From an uncultured Desulfarculus sp. (GTDB lineage: Bacteria > Desulfobacterota > Desulfarculia > Desulfarculales > Desulfarculaceae): 64,000 bases of DNA. The stretch lies in assembly GCA_963665125.2 (NCBI GenBank), contig CAXXUK010000001.1:3104001-3168000 (forward strand), in the 5' to 3' direction. The notes under the pieces were generated by a model. The model did no database searches. It saw only the letters and a list, made by a program, of their open reading frames with translations, and was not told the DNA's origin. Below are positions 61,975-64,000 of this stretch, in pieces. Both the position numbers and the translations under genes were made by a program. Each line of letters begins with the position of its first letter. The stretch's first letter is position 1.

Positions 61975-64000
61975 CTAACCGATGCGCTTGTACTGGCCTT
62001 TCAGCCATCCGGCGATGCCGTTTTTGTACCACTTGCTGAAGCGGCGTTCGCTGGGGCCGCCGGCCAGGGCGATGAGCAGATCCTTGCGGCCCATGTCGGC
62101 GATCATCCTTAGCGACGGGCTGAAGGTCGTGGTGCGTCCTGCGCTCTGGAATATCTGGCCCTGGGGTATGGTGGCCTTGCCGCCGGGCAGTTCTACGGGC
62201 CCGTAGTCAAAGCCCAGCCAACCGGGCAACTTGCCCCCGAACATCAGGTGCGCAAACATAATCGTGCGGGTTGAGCCGTAGCGCTGGGCCTTGACGGCCA
62301 AGCCCTCGGCCAGGGCCTGTTTGATGGCCTCTTCCCGCGGTTTGGCCTGGAACCAGGCCGAGTCGCCGTTGACCAGGATGTCGTCGAAATTGCCGTAGTA
62401 ATCGTTGAACGAACCGGTTTCCTTGAGGATGTAGTCGATTACGTCCCGGCCCATGCCGCCGTCGCCGAAAACCACCCGCACCAGGGCGTGGTACACCGAC
62501 TCGAAGAGCATGGCCCCCTTGCTGTCGGCCTGGTAGCCGCAGTCCCACTGGGCCAGGATTTTGCCGTTGTCAGAGTCCGGCAACAGCGGCTTGATCAGGG
62601 GCATGAAGCGCTCGGCCTGCACCGAATGCAGGTCCATGTGCATTGACTTGAACACGTCCTCGCCGAGCTTGCCCTTGTTCCGCTCCAGGAGCTGGGCGAT
62701 GCGCTGGGCCCTGTACGGCGCCATGGGCAGGTTGATGGGTTGGCTGTCGCCCAGGTAATTGAGGTCTTGGTTGGCGGTGACGATATAGCCTTCCTTGGGG
62801 TTGAAGGCCGAGGGCAGGCGGTCTTTGTCCACAAAGCCCAGATGGTTGTATTTGGCTTCCCAGCCGGGCAGGGGCAGCAGTCCGCTGACGCCGGGCGCCC
62901 GGTCAAAGGTGCGACCGGTCATCTGGTAGCCGATATTGCCCGATGAATCAGCGATGGCGAAATTGAACGTGGAGGCGTCGAGCAGCTTGAAGCATTCCAT
63001 GGCCTCGGCCACGTTGGCGCACTCCGGCAGGTTCAGCAGCCCGTTGAACTCGCCGGCGCCGCAGCCCTGGCGGGCCGACCAGTTGAGCACCAGGCGCAGG
63101 CCCTCCTGCTTGGGGTCGCCTTCCACCACGCCGTGCTCGTTCTCGTACACGCGCAAGACCACCGGCTGGCCTTTTTTCACCTGGACAACCTCTTCATGGA
63201 CGTCAAAGGGCTTCCAGCCGTCCTCGCGCCAATACATGCCGTCGCGGCATTGCTCGATGCGCCAGTCAAGCTGGTCCATGAAGGTGAAGGTGGCGCTCCA
63301 GGCGATGTTGTTGGTGCGGCCCAGAATCAGGCCGGGTACGCCGGGGATGGTCACGCCGGCCATGGTGTTGCCGGGCACCCGCATGACGATCTCCTGCCAT
63401 ATGGCTGGCAGGCGGTTGACCTCCAGGTGCGGGTCGCCGCAGAGAAAGGCGTTGCCGTTTGCGGTGACGGCGCCGCTGACGACCCAGTTGTTGGAGGCCT
63501 GGGCCTTGGGCAGTTTGCCCAGCCATTTGACGGCCTCGGGCACAAGGGGCGGCGTCAGTTCGATCTTGTCGATCAGCTCTCGGTCGATCTCTTCGCTCAG
63601 GTAGGGGAACAGCTCGCGGATCTTGGTTTCGTCCACGCCTTTTTGGATCATCTGCACCAACAGTCGCTGGGCTCCGAGTTGGGCGTCGGTGAGCCCCACA
63701 AAGCCGAAGACCTTGGCGATGAGCATGCAGTCGGTCAGGTCCCAGGGCTCGGGCTCATAGCCCAACAGCTTCATTTCCCAGCACACGCCGTTGTCTTCCA
63801 GGCAGCGGTTGAAACCAGCGCAAAAAGCATCGATCTGATCCCTGACATGGGGCTGCAACTTGGCTATTTCGGCCTGGGGGTCGGGCATGAAGCGCATGAA
63901 ACGCATGAACTTGTCTATTTCGATCATGGCTTCGTTGCCGGCCAGGCATTCGGCGGCCCGCCCCCGCAGCAGGATCCTGGTCAGCAGGGCCTGCATCTGC
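61975..64000 (-). CDS. Penicillin acylase family Ntn-hydrolase (5' end outside the window)
   Basis: ASNNWVVSG nucleophile; GDPHL, GNIGY and IVTANQ motifs. Confidence 0.93.
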   Translation of the reverse strand, partial: QMQALLTRILLRGRAAECLAGNEAMIEIDKFMRFMRFMPDPQAEIAKLQPHVRDQIDAFCAGFNRCLEDNGVCWEMKLLGYEPEPWDLTDCMLIAKVFGFVGLTDAQLGAQRLLVQMIQKGVDETKIRELFPYLSEEIDRELIDKIELTPPLVPEAVKWLGKLPKAQASNNWVVSGAVTANGNAFLCGDPHLEVNRLPAIWQEIVMRVPGNTMAGVTIPGVPGLILGRTNNIAWSATFTFMDQLDWRIEQCRDGMYWREDGWKPFDVHEEVVQVKKGQPVVLRVYENEHGVVEGDPKQEGLRLVLNWSARQGCGAGEFNGLLNLPECANVAEAMECFKLLDASTFNFAIADSSGNIGYQMTGRTFDRAPGVSGLLPLPGWEAKYNHLGFVDKDRLPSAFNPKEGYIVTANQDLNYLGDSQPINLPMAPYRAQRIAQLLERNKGKLGEDVFKSMHMDLHSVQAERFMPLIKPLLPDSDNGKILAQWDCGYQADSKGAMLFESVYHALVRVVFGDGGMGRDVIDYILKETGSFNDYYGNFDDILVNGDSAWFQAKPREEAIKQALAEGLAVKAQRYGSTRTIMFAHLMFGGKLPGWLGFDYGPVELPGGKATIPQGQIFQSAGRTTTFSPSLRMIADMGRKDLLIALAGGPSERRFSKWYKNGIAGWLKGQYKRIG

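Noticed and set aside
63884..63910. Three 9-bp near-repeats (GCATGAA) encoding FMRFMRFM
   Set aside because: In-frame, imperfect and short; no evidence of function.

Overview
GC-rich bacterial chromosomal window. The DsrP-like protein, many Fe-S/CoA-metabolism genes and sigma-54 motifs suggest a sulfate-reducing deltaproteobacterium (Desulfobacterota); this is an inference. Most of the content is housekeeping or metabolic: groEL (5'-truncated), katA, an M16 peptidase, paaK, a FadH-like flavoprotein, a Liv-type ABC transporter with two class III CoA-transferases, two TetR modules, an orphan dsrP, tRNA-Leu, rph-rdgB-tRNA-Pro, two NSS transporters, pgm, gap, an MCP, a PflX-like radical SAM protein, and a penicillin-acylase-family gene running off the right edge. 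No CRISPR array, intact transposase or prophage was seen. The best candidate for a new system is a four-gene islet at about 39.36-41.37 kb with no phage genes around it. It looks like a split and re-ordered MuF polymorphic toxin: a C-terminal MuF fragment fused to a phospholipase-A2-like domain, two paralogous membrane immunity candidates, then the apparent N-terminal MuF half as a separate downstream gene. Other points of interest are an AT-rich NYN-nuclease islet with a structured leader, an 8-bp tandem repeat and a decayed tRNA-Arg/att relic; a candidate sigma-54-driven sRNA with an anti-Shine-Dalgarno loop; two MITE/REP-like elements; and two CoA-transferase homologues that seem to lack their catalytic residue. 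All product calls come from motif recognition by eye; no searches were run.
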